Source: Octopus vulgaris
Lineage: Eukaryota
Direction of reading: 5' to 3'
DNA: 64,000 nt
NCBI GenBank assembly: GCA_951406725.2
Contig: OX597824.1
Coordinates: 14,198,001 to 14,262,000 of the forward strand
Under the pieces are notes generated by a model, which saw only the letters and a program-made list of their open reading frames with translations, was not told where the DNA came from and did not search any database. This document shows positions 1 to 12,477 of this stretch, piece after piece. The position numbers were made by a program, and so were the translations under genes. Every line of letters starts with the position of its first letter. The stretch's first letter is position 1.

Positions 1-645
1 AATAATTCTCTAAACGAGATATAGACAGTAACTGCTCCATCACATAAGGGACATTAGCCATTTGAATGTGGCTAGGGACTTGACGATAGGCAAATACCTT
101 GAAACCTGAGTCCGTATGTGGCATCCGCTTCTTCGGGGAATGATCTCCCTTTGCAGGATAGAGGACACCGTGATGGTGTCAGCCTATCTGGTGACGTTGA
201 TGATCGCCTGGGGCTAAATGCATCAGTAACACCCCCATCGCCCTGCCCTGTCCCTAGCCACATTCAAATGGCTAATGTCCCTTATGTGATGGAGCAGTTA
301 CTGTCTATATCTCGTTTAGAGAATTATTATTGCTGTCGAACAGATTTTCGAAATCAGTAAATGTATTTACGTGAAAATCTATATATAAATATCCTGCACA
401 GGAAGTTGTTCGTCGAGGAGCGGTGCCTGCCATACGTTGACGATAGGCAAATACCTTGAAACCTGGGTCCGTTTGTGGCATCCGCTTCTTCGGGGAATGA
501 TCTCCCTTTGCAGGATAGAGGACACCGTGATGGTGTCAGCCTATCTGGTGACGTTGATGATCGCCTGGGGCTAAATGCATCAGTAACACCCCCACCGCCC
601 TGCCCTGTCCCTAGCCACATTCAAATGGTTAATGTCCCTTATGTG
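1..645. repeat. Inverted plus direct repeat block (1-79 inverted to 250-328; 80-288 repeated at 437-645), PLE-terminus-like arrangement
   Basis: 1-79 is the reverse complement of 250-328; 80-288 recurs 357 bp downstream with a few substitutions. The PLE assignment is inferred from the architecture only. Confidence 0.75.
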
Positions 646-663
646 GTATATATATATATATAT

Positions 664-2497
664 TTGTTCCTTGGTTTGTGTCTATGTTTTTCGTCTCTCT
701 ATGTGTTCGACGTCTTTTTGGTGTCCTGTACACATATATGCGTGTATATGTACATGTAGAGGTAGGTACGTACATATATGTTTATATATATGCATATGTT
801 CTATTTTATTAACATATTATACGACTAAACGCACGCACCCTATTAAGTAAGATTGTTCTGTTTATCAAGTTAGCCTTGATATTAACTCTCACGCGACTCT
901 GCATCTTTCTTTCTTTCTCTCCCATTCCCTTTTTCGTCTTTTTTCCCTCACTTAACTTGTCTCTTCCTCTCTCTCTCCCCCTCACCGTTCTTCATGGTCT
1001 CCTCGCACCATTCCCCTTCTTCTCTCTCTTCCTCTTGCTCCTCCTCCCCCATTCCTGTCGTCCATCTGCGACGATACTTCCGTCGTAACTGCTATCCTGT
1101 CTTTTCTCGCCCGCCTGCTAAGGCTACTGGTCGACATTCTTTCTCTCTCGTCGTCCACATTAATCCAGCGTTTGCAATACTTTTTTCGTCTGGCGTTAAC
1201 AGCCCTTCTTATCTTGTTCTCCTTGTCCTGTCTCTCACTGTTATATATTTATTTTTCCACTGTTTATATATATATTTTTTACTGTTTATATGTTTGTACT
1301 GTCGTTACCGTCTTGCTTTTTTTACTCCTCTGCGAAAAGATCTCAGAATTTTAATTGATTTGCTTTTCGCAGGAAGGAAGTTTTCTTCGAAGTATACGTC
1401 TCGCTTTTATCCTTCGAAACGTTTAGTAGATGAAACCTTAGCGACTGAAGAAGGGGATTTTTCGTTGTGCTTATTGTCCTGTATCTCTCTTTTTTTTTGC
1501 CTGTCTTGTTCCTTGGTTTGTGTCTATGTTTTTCGTCTCTCTATGTGTTCGACGTCTTTTTGGTGTCATGTACACATATATGCGTGTATATGTACACGTA
1601 GAGGTAGGTACGTACATATATGTTTATATATATGCATATGTTCTATTTTATTAACATATTATACGACTAAACGCACGCACCCTATTAAGTAAGATTGTTC
1701 TGTTTATCAAGTTAGCCTTGATATTAACTCTCACGCGACTCTGCATCTTTCTTTCTTTCTCTCCCATTCCCTTTTTCGTCTTTTTTTCCCTCACTTAACT
1801 TGTCTCTTCCTCTCTCTCTCCCCCTCACCGTTCTTCATGGTCTCCTCGCACCATTCCCCTTCTTCTCTCTCTTCCTCTTGCTCCTCCTCCCCCATTCCTG
1901 TCGTCCATCTGCGACGATACTTCCGTCGTAACTGCTATCCTGTCTTTTCTCGCCCGCCTGCTAAGGCTACTGGTCGACATTCTTTCTCTCTCGTCGTCCA
2001 CATTAATCCAGCGTTTGCAATACTTTTTTCGTCTGGCGTTAACAGCCCTTCTTATCTTGTTCTCCTTGTCCTGTCTCTCACTGTTATATATTTATTTTTC
2101 CACTGTTTATATATATATTTTTTACTGTTTATATGTTTGTACTGTCGTTACCGTCTTGCTTTTTTTACCCCTCTGCGAAAAGATCTCAGAATTTTAATTG
2201 ATTTGCTTTTCGCAGGAAGGAAGTTTTCTTCGAAGTATACGTCTCGCTTTTATCCTTCGAAACGTTTAGTAGATGAAACCTTAGCGACTGAAGAAGGGGA
2301 TTTTTCGTTGTGCTTATTGTCCTGTATCTCTCTTTTTTTTTTGCCTGTCTTGTTCCTTGGTTTGTGTCTATGTTTTTCGTCTCTCTATGTGTTCGACGTC
2401 TTTTTGGTGTCCTGTACACATATATGCGTGTATATGTACATGTAGAGGTAGGTACGTACATATATGTTTATATATATGCATATGTTCTATTTTATTA
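664..2497 (+). repeat. ~843-bp tandem repeat, about 2.2 near-identical copies
   Basis: Units start at 664, 1506 and 2350 (TTGTTCCTTGGTTTGTG); ORFs 994 and 1837 translate identically over most of their length. Confidence 0.95.
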
Positions 2498-2536
2498 AAC
2501 ATATATATATATATATATATTTAGTGAAGGGAAGAA

Positions 2537-3793
2537 ATGGAGCCGAACGAAGATAGGGCCGGATACAATAACATAAATAATTTAAGTACTGATGGTAGCC
2601 TGAGGAATGTCGAAACTAGTACATCTAGAATAAATTTAGGTAACATAAATAATTTGCGGTCCAGGGGAGACCATAGTAAGCCAAAACCTATTATTCAACC
2701 TAGAAATACCCACCTTAATGTCAGAGTTGACTCCCCGACCCAGTACAAAAACAGGAATAAATATATTTGGTTTGTAATTCCCTTTGGTAAACAAATAAGA
2801 TCTAATCTACCCCTGCAGTTTCGCCAAGCTATTGCCAGTAACTTTCCCAGAAATTCCAGATATTACGCCACTGTTAACTCAAACAAAGTTAGGATAGCCT
2901 TCTCTAATACGAAAAATCTCTCACAGATAATTTCCTCCCATAACAATAAGCTGCTAAACAAGACTCTCTTACCCACGTTCGGAGACGCAGCTCCGTCTAA
3001 TGCCAGAATAACGCACAGTATTAATAAAAATAAGAATAATGGTAATAGAACCGGCACAGAGATTAGCAATCTCCATACCAGGCATGGAGTTAATAATATG
3101 AATAATGATAGGAGCAATGGTGACGACTCTAACGTTAGTAATGGGAATAGGGATGAGAGCACTGTCCGAGTCATTAATGTAGAGAGTCCCAATAACAATT
3201 TTAGCAACGGGTTTGACAACAGTAGCATCACGGACATTAGCAATCACAGCGATCTCAGTGGCAGGGAATATATAGGTGATATTCCATTAAATAGTATTGA
3301 TAATGGGGTGTATAATGTCGAAGACAGCCGTAGTTCTCACAATCATAATAGTAATAAGAACGCCGTGTTAATATCGGAAGCCAATCCCAATAGAATAAGG
3401 TTCTTATCTAGTAATTCCAAGATTAGAAATGCCATTTACCAATGCAGAGTTTATACTGGATCGGATGTCTACTCGTATATCGGAGCGTCATCATCAAAAT
3501 TGGCCGTGAGAATATCGAACCACTTCACAACTTTTCGCGATTTTAGAAAACAACACGCTACCGGACTAAGTAAATTAATCTGGCGTTTGAAGAACGCGAA
3601 TTCAGCATTTAGACTGGAATGGTCGATTTTATCGGTGGCTGTACCGTTTGATACGGGCAAAAGAATCTGTAATCTCTGTAACTCTGAACTTTTTCACATT
3701 TTGTTCGCCCGAGGGCACCTAGTGAACGGGATTTTGCAACACTCTTTCAGATGTCCCCACTGGAGGCGACTGACATTTCTTGCATACAATTGA
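2537..3793 (+). CDS. PLE RT-thumb/linker plus GIY-YIG endonuclease ORF (418 aa, no RT catalytic core)
   Basis: RNKYIWFVIPFGKQIRSNL...NSNKVRIAFSNTKNLSQIISSHNNKLL resembles the Naiad-type post-RT segment; C-terminus has NAIYQC..SYIGAS, RISNH, TGLSKLIW, CNLCNSE and RCPH. No YxDD motif. Confidence 0.8.
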   Translation: MEPNEDRAGYNNINNLSTDGSLRNVETSTSRINLGNINNLRSRGDHSKPKPIIQPRNTHLNVRVDSPTQYKNRNKYIWFVIPFGKQIRSNLPLQFRQAIASNFPRNSRYYATVNSNKVRIAFSNTKNLSQIISSHNNKLLNKTLLPTFGDAAPSNARITHSINKNKNNGNRTGTEISNLHTRHGVNNMNNDRSNGDDSNVSNGNRDESTVRVINVESPNNNFSNGFDNSSITDISNHSDLSGREYIGDIPLNSIDNGVYNVEDSRSSHNHNSNKNAVLISEANPNRIRFLSSNSKIRNAIYQCRVYTGSDVYSYIGASSSKLAVRISNHFTTFRDFRKQHATGLSKLIWRLKNANSAFRLEWSILSVAVPFDTGKRICNLCNSELFHILFARGHLVNGILQHSFRCPHWRRLTFLAYN

Positions 3794-4419
3794 AGCCTAA
3801 GATAATTAACACCTTGATGTCATAAGAAAAGGGAAAACAATTGTTTGGAAGAATTTTGGAAAAAATTTTTAATTAAATTTGAAAGGGGAAATTACTCCCC
3901 TTTTAGCGTATGTTCTGCTACTTTCTTTAGAAACAATATCAGGGATTATACTCCCCTGTTTTTTGACAAGTCATCTGTATATAAACTGGTCATAGACGAA
4001 CACACAGACACAGAATTTTATCAGCCGCTTGACCAGCAATGCCTACAATACAATATATTTTCTCTCTAGCTGCTTCCTAACATACTGCCACACATACATA
4101 GGCGCATACACACACACATACATGTAGGTAGTTCCTCACACCCAAATAAGATAACTGTCATTCTTAAGACAATTTGAACATTAACACTAGTTATACAGAA
4201 TATATTCACACTCTTTGGGTTTTCTGTGATTCTTCCCCTACCTGATTTGACCGTGGTTTGAACTAGGTTTATTCCAACGGATTTTTTCGTCGGCCTTCAC
4301 CCACTCTGACGTCAGCGCATATTGAGAGACAGTTTTGTACCATTTTTACCATGGGCTCCTAGGGAGCGTTTTGTTCGAAAAGCTTGCTGCGCATTTGTTT
4401 TGAGATTTTAAATTCCTGG

Positions 4420-4504
4420 ATTTTCCTGAAGAGAAAGCTGCAGAATGGTCTCCTTATTCAATCCAAATTTGGGAATTTGCAGCCTTTGAAACATGTGTAG
4501 AAAA

Positions 4505-4505
<1 letters not shown>
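4420..4505 (+). ncRNA. Type I hammerhead ribozyme of a PLE 3' end
   Basis: Stem I ATTTTC(4420-25)/GAAAAT(4500-05); core CTGAAGA 4426-32; stem II GAAAGCTGCAGA/TTTGCAGCCTTT; GAAA 4488-91; self-complementary stem III ACATGTGT; GUA cleavage site after 4499. Confidence 0.8.
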
Positions 4506-4549
<44 letters not shown>

Positions 4550-5286
4550 AATAATTAAAAAAAATAAAAAATAAAGGAATTTTGTAGAATCTTCGTTCGG
4601 CTCCATTTCTTCCCTTCACTAAATATATAAAACTTCAATTATCCGCGCTAAAGCACAGGGGCGAAACCCCATGGTCGTAACCTCAACCGTGTCTTTTCTG
4701 GTGTGATTTTTGCTACACGTGTATCGGTTAAATTTTGAATAATCCGTAACAAGATAATTCATTTATCCATTTCATTAAAATATATATATATATATGTATA
4801 TATATATATGTATGTATATATATATATATATGTATATATATGTATATATATATATATATGGTAATTTGTGTGTTTTTTTATATATGAATAAATTATATAT
4901 ATATATATATATATTATATACATATATATATATAAATTTTCAGAATGAGATAAAAATTCAAGGCTGTGAAAGATTTCAGAACATATGCGCGCGCGCGTGT
5001 GTTTCCCGGAAAGAACTCTTGAGTACGGACCAAGGAACTGACAACACAAGGTATCCAATCTGCAGGACCTTCATAGGTAAGATAACGGCCCTGGCACCAT
5101 CAACCCAAGGAGCACAGAGGAGCCACATGGTCACGTATGACCTTTAACCCAGTCTGAGTATCCTCAAAGGAAGACTGACAAACAACACCTTCGACATTCA
5201 CTTGTTGAAAGACAACGGCAATGCCAAAGACAGAATGGCCAAACTAAACAACTGGCAGGGAGCAGTTGATAAATGTCAGCTATATA

Positions 5287-5457
5287 GGCGCAGGAGTGGC
5301 TGTGTGGTAAGTAGCTTGTTTACCAACCACATGGTTCCGGGTTCAGTCCCACTGCGTGGCACCTTGGGCAAGTGTCTTCTACTATAGCCTCGGGCCGACC
5401 AAAGCCTTGTGAGTGGATTTGGTAGACGGAAACTGAAAGAAGCCCGTCGTATATATG

Positions 5458-5511
<54 letters not shown>

Positions 5512-5721
5512 TGTGTCTGTGTTTGTCCCCCTAGCATTGCTTGACAACCGATGCTGGTGTGTTTATGTCCCCGTTACTTAGCGGTTCGGCAAAAGAGACC
5601 GATAGAATAAGTACTGGGCTTACAAAAGAATAAGTCCCGGGGGTCGAGTTGCTCGATTAAAGGCGGTGCTCCAGTATGGCCGCAGTCAAATGACTGAAAC
5701 AAGTAAAAGAGTAAAAGAGTA
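5287..5721 (+). mobile_element. tRNA-derived SINE family A with internal (TA)n(TG)n and (GTAAAAGA)n tail
   Basis: Box A TGGCTGTGTGG and box B-like GGTTCAGTCC; many copies in the window. Partial copies near 18143-18370(-), 29222-29380(+), 43270-43413(-) and 56402-56570(+). Confidence 0.85.
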
Positions 5722-6399
5722 TATGGGAAGCTGAAAGTATGGTGCATCACAACGAGATTGCAGTGAATATCGTTGCTTTATGAATTTTCCACACTCAGGG
5801 GGAAGTAAATGGAGAGGTTGTGTAGTGAAGTCATGCGGTATATTCGTGCGAAGTTGGCTGGGGTTCCCTCTACTATCAGATAAGTCAAACTTGCATAGCA
5901 AGACCTCTAAGCTCCACGGATCAGCTTCAGACCATGCTGGTGGAGCTCGACATCAAAATTTGAAATTTGCGGAGGGTTAAAGTGGTAACAAAAACAGGAC
6001 AGTAAGAACAAAACAGCAAAATCAAAGGGTAAGGGCTCTTGAGCCATAACGAGGGGAAATTGTGAACGCTGGAGAAACGAGCTTTGACAGGAGACAGGCA
6101 AAAGCGTGTCTTGTCTCTTGTAAAGCGACAGGGAAAAGAAGATAGCCGCTGGTCACGTGTGAGCAACGAGAGAGTCAAGGAGGAAGAGTAAAAGAGAGAG
6201 AGAGGAGGGAGAAAGAGAACAGCGAAGGGGAGGAGAAGAAAAACAGAAAGAAGAAAGAATAATAGAGGGAGAATAGAGATAGTTGTAGAGTGCGCATCAG
6301 AATTATTAAGATAAAACTTACTTGGAAATAGATGCGTGGTGTTCAATCATATAATAAATTACTTCCCACTCTTAAGCAGCCAACATACAGTTGTCCATG

Positions 6400-7660
6400 C
6401 GACGGGTCTTCCAAGAGAAGACCCGTCACAGAGAGGGTTTGACCATGAGATTTGTTAATGAACATGGCAAAACTGACACGAAGTGGGAATTGCAGTCTTC
6501 TGAACGTAAATGGGATTTCTGCTCCTGATGTTGAATGGCGGAGTGTCGTTGGTGAAGTGGAAAGCCAAAGATGCGCCAGAAAGCCTCATTGCTACTTATG
6601 TACTGTCCCACCTGACAGTGCATCACCTCATCCTGGCAGTATTCTTGTTGCAGTCCAAACATTGCAGCGTCAGAACCCTTGTTCACATACTTACAAACGT
6701 ACTTTATGGACGTAACGGAGTTGCAAAACTCAACGTTGATGTGGACATGGAAAGTCTTTGATAAGATTGGGCAGTAGGGAACAATCCATCTATTATCAAC
6801 CTCGTGCTGTCCGATAGTTGCTGTGAAACTACCGTCTTCTGGTTTTCTCCGTCTGTATGATGGATACCCATCAGCACTTGACTGAGTTTCTTGTAGGAAC
6901 TTCCTTGGAAACCTTTTCGAACATACGCTGTCTTTCAAGCATGGTGAGTTTATGTTGAATCCACGCCCACATGGACCATGCACCATGTTTGCCTTGACTA
7001 TTTCGTATAGTACGTTGTGTAAAACTGGATTAGGAAGCTCTGCAGAGATTATATTGTCGATGTCAGTGGATTTGATCTTCGTTGACAGTCAAAGTAGGAT
7101 ATGAGCATGTGGAAGGCCCCTTTTTTGCCATTCGATTGTGTACATGTCACACTGTATGGGTCCGAAGACTTGCCCTTTTTTATGAGCTCCATGAGAGTGA
7201 CTAACTTCAGATGGAAAACTCGAGCGAGGAGGTCATGCCTGTCTTTAGGCTTTTGACTGAAGAAGAGTTCGGCCTGAATCTCCTTCCATTTGGGATTGCA
7301 TGTGAAAGTAAAGAACAGGTCAGGCCTGCCGTAATGGCGGACAAAGGTAGTTGCATTCTGTGTTCTTGCATGCATGTATCGGGGACTTCCAGTGAAGGTG
7401 AAGGGCAAGATGCAAACTCTTCCTATGCTTGTTGGAGCAGCAACATTGTTGCTGACATCTCGGAAATGGATGTAGCAGTCAGAGCGCATTGTTTTTTATG
7501 TGACCAAATGAAACGTTTTTCTCTATGATTCCATTTTTGCACATATATCGACTGCAAATTGATGAAACAGCTGTTGAGATTGGTGGAGGTGATTACAGCA
7601 GTTGTTTCGGGTCATAAATCGGTATGAGTAGAAGTCCATGCAGGATACTGGCTTGTTGAG
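6400..7660 (-). mobile_element. Helitron Rep (HUH) domain remnant, frameshifted
   Basis: GRPDLFFTFTCNPKW (motif 1), IEWQKRGLPHAHIL (motif 2, near 7100-7140), MVHGPCG, GYPSYRRR, DNRWIVPY and HINVEFC..IKYVCKYVNKGSD (motif 3). Confidence 0.92.
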
Positions 7661-7679
7661 ATGTTCATTACGATTTTAG

Positions 7680-9010
7680 TGTGGTACTAATTATTTTATA
7701 TATTACATTTAAATCTATTTTGCTTGCGAGAATTTTTTAAACGATGCGAGTAAATTTTCTGGTTTTTAGAGTTTATATTAATATTATTTATAGGAAAATA
7801 TTTATTATTTGGTTTATCAATATTATTAATAGAATTTATTAGATCTTTGTTATTATTAACATTATACTGGGGAAGAAAAGTTAATTTTTGTTTATAATCA
7901 GCCTTAAATAAAGCTTCATTATAGAATCTTGTATTTTGATTAAAGATTTCATGGTTAGCCGAAAGTGGTGATAAATGGGATGAAATACTATAAACTAAAG
8001 AATTACTGACTACTTTTGATGGATGGAAAAACTATTAACAATTCAAAGTTTGGTTTGTCTTGTGGAAATGTTTATAAAAACCGGTAGTGAGATCTAGAGT
8101 AACATCTAGGAAATTTTCTGGTTTTTAACATTACTAGAATTAGGCAAAATTAGTAAAGCATAATCTCTATAAACGTCTCCATCAATATTCTGAAATTCAT
8201 CTTTAATACAGTATAATAAACACCTGCAATATCAGTAACCAGAGCAGAGTCATTAGATCCCATGGAAATATCAAACTTTTTGTCTATCCTTTCTCACCCA
8301 AAGTTTAACGTTAAATTTAATAATAGTTCTCCTTGCTGTTAGAATAATATCATTTTCATTTCTAGTTAGATTAGAGTTTTCATAGGAAAGATAAGAACCT
8401 TATTGGAGAGAATTGGAGAGATAGGCAAGTAGTAATTATCGATATCAAATGGTGAAAAATAAATACTGATTTTATCTTTAATATTAGTAAACCATTTAAT
8501 AACTTCAGTAGTATTAGATCACAGGCTAAGTGATATTTTCGTCTTAATTCTATCAATAATGAATTTACTTATCCTTCCACTATCCGATTTAGTTAGGCAA
8601 ATTAATCTGATAGAGGGTTTACTTACAAAATTTGCTTTATGTTCCTTAAGATTTATTTTAGGAATTCTCGGCATGAAAGATTCAGTCCTATTTTCTAAAT
8701 CAAGTGATTTTGCAATACAATGCCCTTGTTTATTGATACCAAATAATTCCGAAGTCCGTGCTAGTTTATAATCCGTGTTTAGTTCATTATTAGATTGTTA
8801 TAAGTGTTAAGATCAAGACAATATAAATTTCCTATTTTGTCAGCCGGAATTAAAATTCCAGGAGCTTTCTTCGGCTTTGCAGTAAATTCTTTAATTTACA
8901 GAAGTATTATTTTTAAATATATTCTTCTTGAATTTAATATTTTGTACAATACTTAATAAATCCTTTTCAAAATTTTCCAGATTTTTATAATGAGGGGTTT
9001 TTTTCTAGAT
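7680..9010 (-). mobile_element. Decayed Penelope-like (Naiad-type) reverse transcriptase fragment
   Basis: Minus-strand translation gives PADKIGNLY, LKEHKANF..PSIRLI..KSDSGRISK, FDIDNYY, FDISMGSNDSA, NFLDVTLDL and YNEALFKADY, with stops and frameshifts. Confidence 0.8.
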
Positions 9011-9344
9011 TTAAATTCTCTCTGATTGCTTCGTCCCGATTTTGTTCTTTCAGTGACACTCCCAGCATCGATTTTTCCATAGCTCTTTTAAGCAGTTACC
9101 AGCCCCTGCTCTCTTCTCTTCGTCGTGGCCTAGGTTTTACTTCCTCGTACCTTTCTCATCCTCGTACTTCCAGACGCTTGCATTTCATCAACCCATGTAT
9201 TATTAAATGTAATAATATAGATTATTTACATGTTTTAAAGTTACGAAACAATTTGTTGTTATATTAGAATTTTCTTTTCATCAAACTATTTCTCTGTCAT
9301 TTATGACTTTATATATATATATACATTTATATATATATACACTC

Positions 9345-9700
<356 letters not shown>

Positions 9701-10389
9701 CTTTATATATATATACATATATATATATATTGGGTTGGCAACTAAGTTACCGCTATTTTTTTAAATTTAAATTTTTTTTAAAGTTTAAAAAAAAAATATA
9801 ACTAATTAATCAATAATGTATTCACCCTTGTTGTTTACATCTTCTTCCCAACGTTATTCATCAACAGTTCTTGTTGATGTTGAGGATGAGGACGAATTTG
9901 ACGGTGTGGTGCTGTCATTAACGGAAAAGCAAAGGATGGAAGTAGAGAGACACAACGGGGAGTATGAACTGTGGAAGATTGGCTTTGACAAGGAAAAGCT
10001 TCCACAAAATATTGAATTTAAAGAACTGCGAAAGAGGTATAACTTAAATATATTGGAGAGCAGGAGAAAGGGATCAAGTGATGTTACTTGATGGGGCAGG
10101 TAACACCATTTTCACCTTTTCATCTTTCATTATATCATACGTTTCATTTTATTCTATTTTTTTGTAATTGTTGTATGTCCCTCTATGTTGGCCCTTTATG
10201 GGTAATAAAAAAGCAGATCCCAAAATCTAATGAGACCGTGCTGGTCACAAGGCCAAACATCCCTGGAAGTTTCATCCGAATCCAGCTGTTCTTGAGATAC
10301 CTCGTCCAGGGGTCAAACAAACAAACAAACAAGCACGACGAAGTGAAGACTTAATATATATAGTCCATGTGTTTTATTGGCAAAATGGA

Positions 10390-10774
10390 TGGAAGCACTC
10401 CGTCGGTTACGACGACGAGGGTTCCGGTTGATCCGAATCAACGGAACAGCCTGCTCGTGAAATTAACGTATAAATGGCTGAGCACTCCACAGACACGTGC
10501 ACCCTTAACGTAGTTCTCGGGGATACTCAGCGTGACACAGAGAGTGACAAGGCCGGCCCCTTGAAATACAGGTACAACAGAAAGAGGAAGTAAGAGTGAG
10601 AGAAAGTTGTGGTGAAAGAGTACAGTAGGGATCACCACCATCCCCTGCCGGAGCCTCGTGGAGCTTTAGGTGTTTTCGCTCAATAAACACTCACAACGCC
10701 CGGTCTGGGAATCGAAACCGCGATCCTATGACCGCGAGTCCGCTGCCTTAACCACTGGGCCATTGCGCCTCCAC
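10390..10774 (-). mobile_element. tRNA(Arg)-like SINE family B (resembles octopus OR-type SINEs)
   Basis: Minus-strand head TGGCCCAGTGGTTA..GACTCGCGG..GTTTCGATTCC; near-identical to 18451-18832(+). Confidence 0.8.
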
Positions 10775-11250
10775 AAATTGGCAAAATATGACCAACCCCA
10801 AGTATAACAATATCTGTTTCAACACACGATTTCACTCCAAGAATCTTGCAAAACATACGTAAACGTGAATAATTTTTATTTTCCAATTATTCGGTTACAA
10901 CTTTGGAGTTTTTCCATCTCGTCGCATTAATTTATAAGATATTTTGAAAGTAAATTTAAGTTTAGGAGAATGAAATTGTTCGTAAACTATACATTTTCGT
11001 TAATTTCCGTCTAAAAATAATTTATTCTGGAGATGTACTTGCATAGCAAGTAACTTGATCAGAGATCGTGTGCTGGAACAAAAACATTTGCAGCGTGGAA
11101 GGTGTTTATAAGCCATTTTGACAAGTTAAATTTAAATGCTGAAGTGAATCTAACGGTTTTTGTGTGTTTCTTAAATGGCTTATAAACGACTTCCACGCTA
11201 CAATAAGTTATGGCGTGAATCAATGAACCCGTTGCGCATGCTCGCAACAT

Positions 11251-11468
11251 ATTGGGTCATCCCATAATGCGGTTTTTTTTAATACTTCATTTCATTTTTA
11301 AAATTAAAATAAGGAGTGGCTATGTGGTAAGTAGCTTGCTGACCAACCACATGGTTCCGGGTTCAGTCCCACTGCGTGGCATCTTGGGCAAGTGTCTTCT
11401 GCTATAGCCCCGGGCCGACCAATACCTTGTGAGTGGATTTGGTAGACGGAAACTGAAAGAAGCCCGTC

Positions 11469-11559
<91 letters not shown>

Positions 11560-12400
11560 TGTGTCTGTGTTTGTCCCCCCAGCATTGCTTAACAACCGAT
11601 GCTGGTGTGTGTACGTCCTCGTCACTTAGCGGTTCGGCAAAAAAGACCGATAGAATAAGTACTGGTCTTACAAAGAATAAGCCGATTTTCTCGACTAAAG
11701 GCGGTACTCCAGCAAGGCCGCAGTCAAATGACTGAAACAAGTAAAAGAGTAAAGTTCTTTTATCTAAAAAAAAATCTTTCAAAAAAATCTTTTCTACAAT
11801 GCTTTTCCATCTATCTGCTATCAAGGTTTTTCTTCCAGCATTCCGTGACGAAAAATACTCCACCAGTACAGTTCTGACCTCGTCTACAGAATTCATATTT
11901 TTCCCATACAAATGATTTCGAAGACTGCGGAATAAATTATAATCATATGGGGCAATGTCTGGCGAATATGGTGGGTGGGGCGTCGTTTCCCATTCAAACT
12001 GCTCCAGTCTTTGGAATGTCATCCTTGCTGTATGTGGCCAGGCATTATTCTGATGGAAGAACACCTTTTGTCTTGAAACCAAAGATGGTCATTTTTCTTC
12101 TAGCGCTGACTTCAATGACTGGTTGAATGACCAGATCAAAGCTAGTTCCTCAACAGTTACGATGGGGTTTTGTCTCACCAGGGTTGGCAGGACGTTCTCA
12201 TCGAGCTCTACAGATCTTCCAGAACGAGGATCGTCTTCTAAGCTACAGTTTCCGGCTCGGAATTTCTGGAACCACAGATTGGCTTACGCTTATAATCCGA
12301 CCCCCCATATACTGCATTAATATTCCTCGCACTCTCCATTGCATTGTTTCCTTTATTGAACTCATAAAGAAAAAAGTAAAGTTGACATATATTACACACA
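11251..12400 (-). mobile_element. mariner transposase remnant interrupted by a SINE A copy
   Basis: FHQNNAWPHTA and PHPPYSPDIAPYDYNLFRSL motifs; TA-flanked TIR-like ATTGGGTCATCCCATAA at 11251. Confidence 0.85.
11312..11751 (+). mobile_element. SINE family A copy
   Basis: Colinear with 5287-5721. Confidence 0.85.
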
Positions 12401-12477
12401 ATATTCAAAAATATGTACATACATAGGGTAAGGTCCTGAAAAGGAAGTGATATGCAAAGAAAGGTGAAAAAAAGCAA

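Larger units (their letters stand above)
2514..4760 (+). mobile_element. 5'-truncated Penelope-like retroelement (Naiad-type) with inverted 41-bp tail copy, GIY-YIG ORF and 3' hammerhead
   Basis: 2514-2554 is the reverse complement of 4589-4629; the ORF carries Naiad-type thumb and GIY-YIG motifs; hammerhead at 4420-4505. The 3' boundary is approximate. Confidence 0.8.

Noticed and set aside
994-2445. 232-aa and 202-aa hydrophobic ORFs
   Set aside because: Pyrimidine-rich low-complexity frames inside the tandem repeat, with different C-termini caused by poly-T slippage.
3791-3805. Selenocysteine read-through of the PLE ORF UGA, as reported for some Naiad elements
   Set aside because: The UGA follows the natural domain end, is not at a conserved Cys position, and a TAA follows four codons later; no convincing SECIS seen.
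2514-4629. DNA transposon with 41-bp TIRs encoding a nuclease
   Set aside because: The protein and hammerhead are PLE-type and non-microsatellite sequence continues past the right repeat; an inverted PLE tail explains it better.
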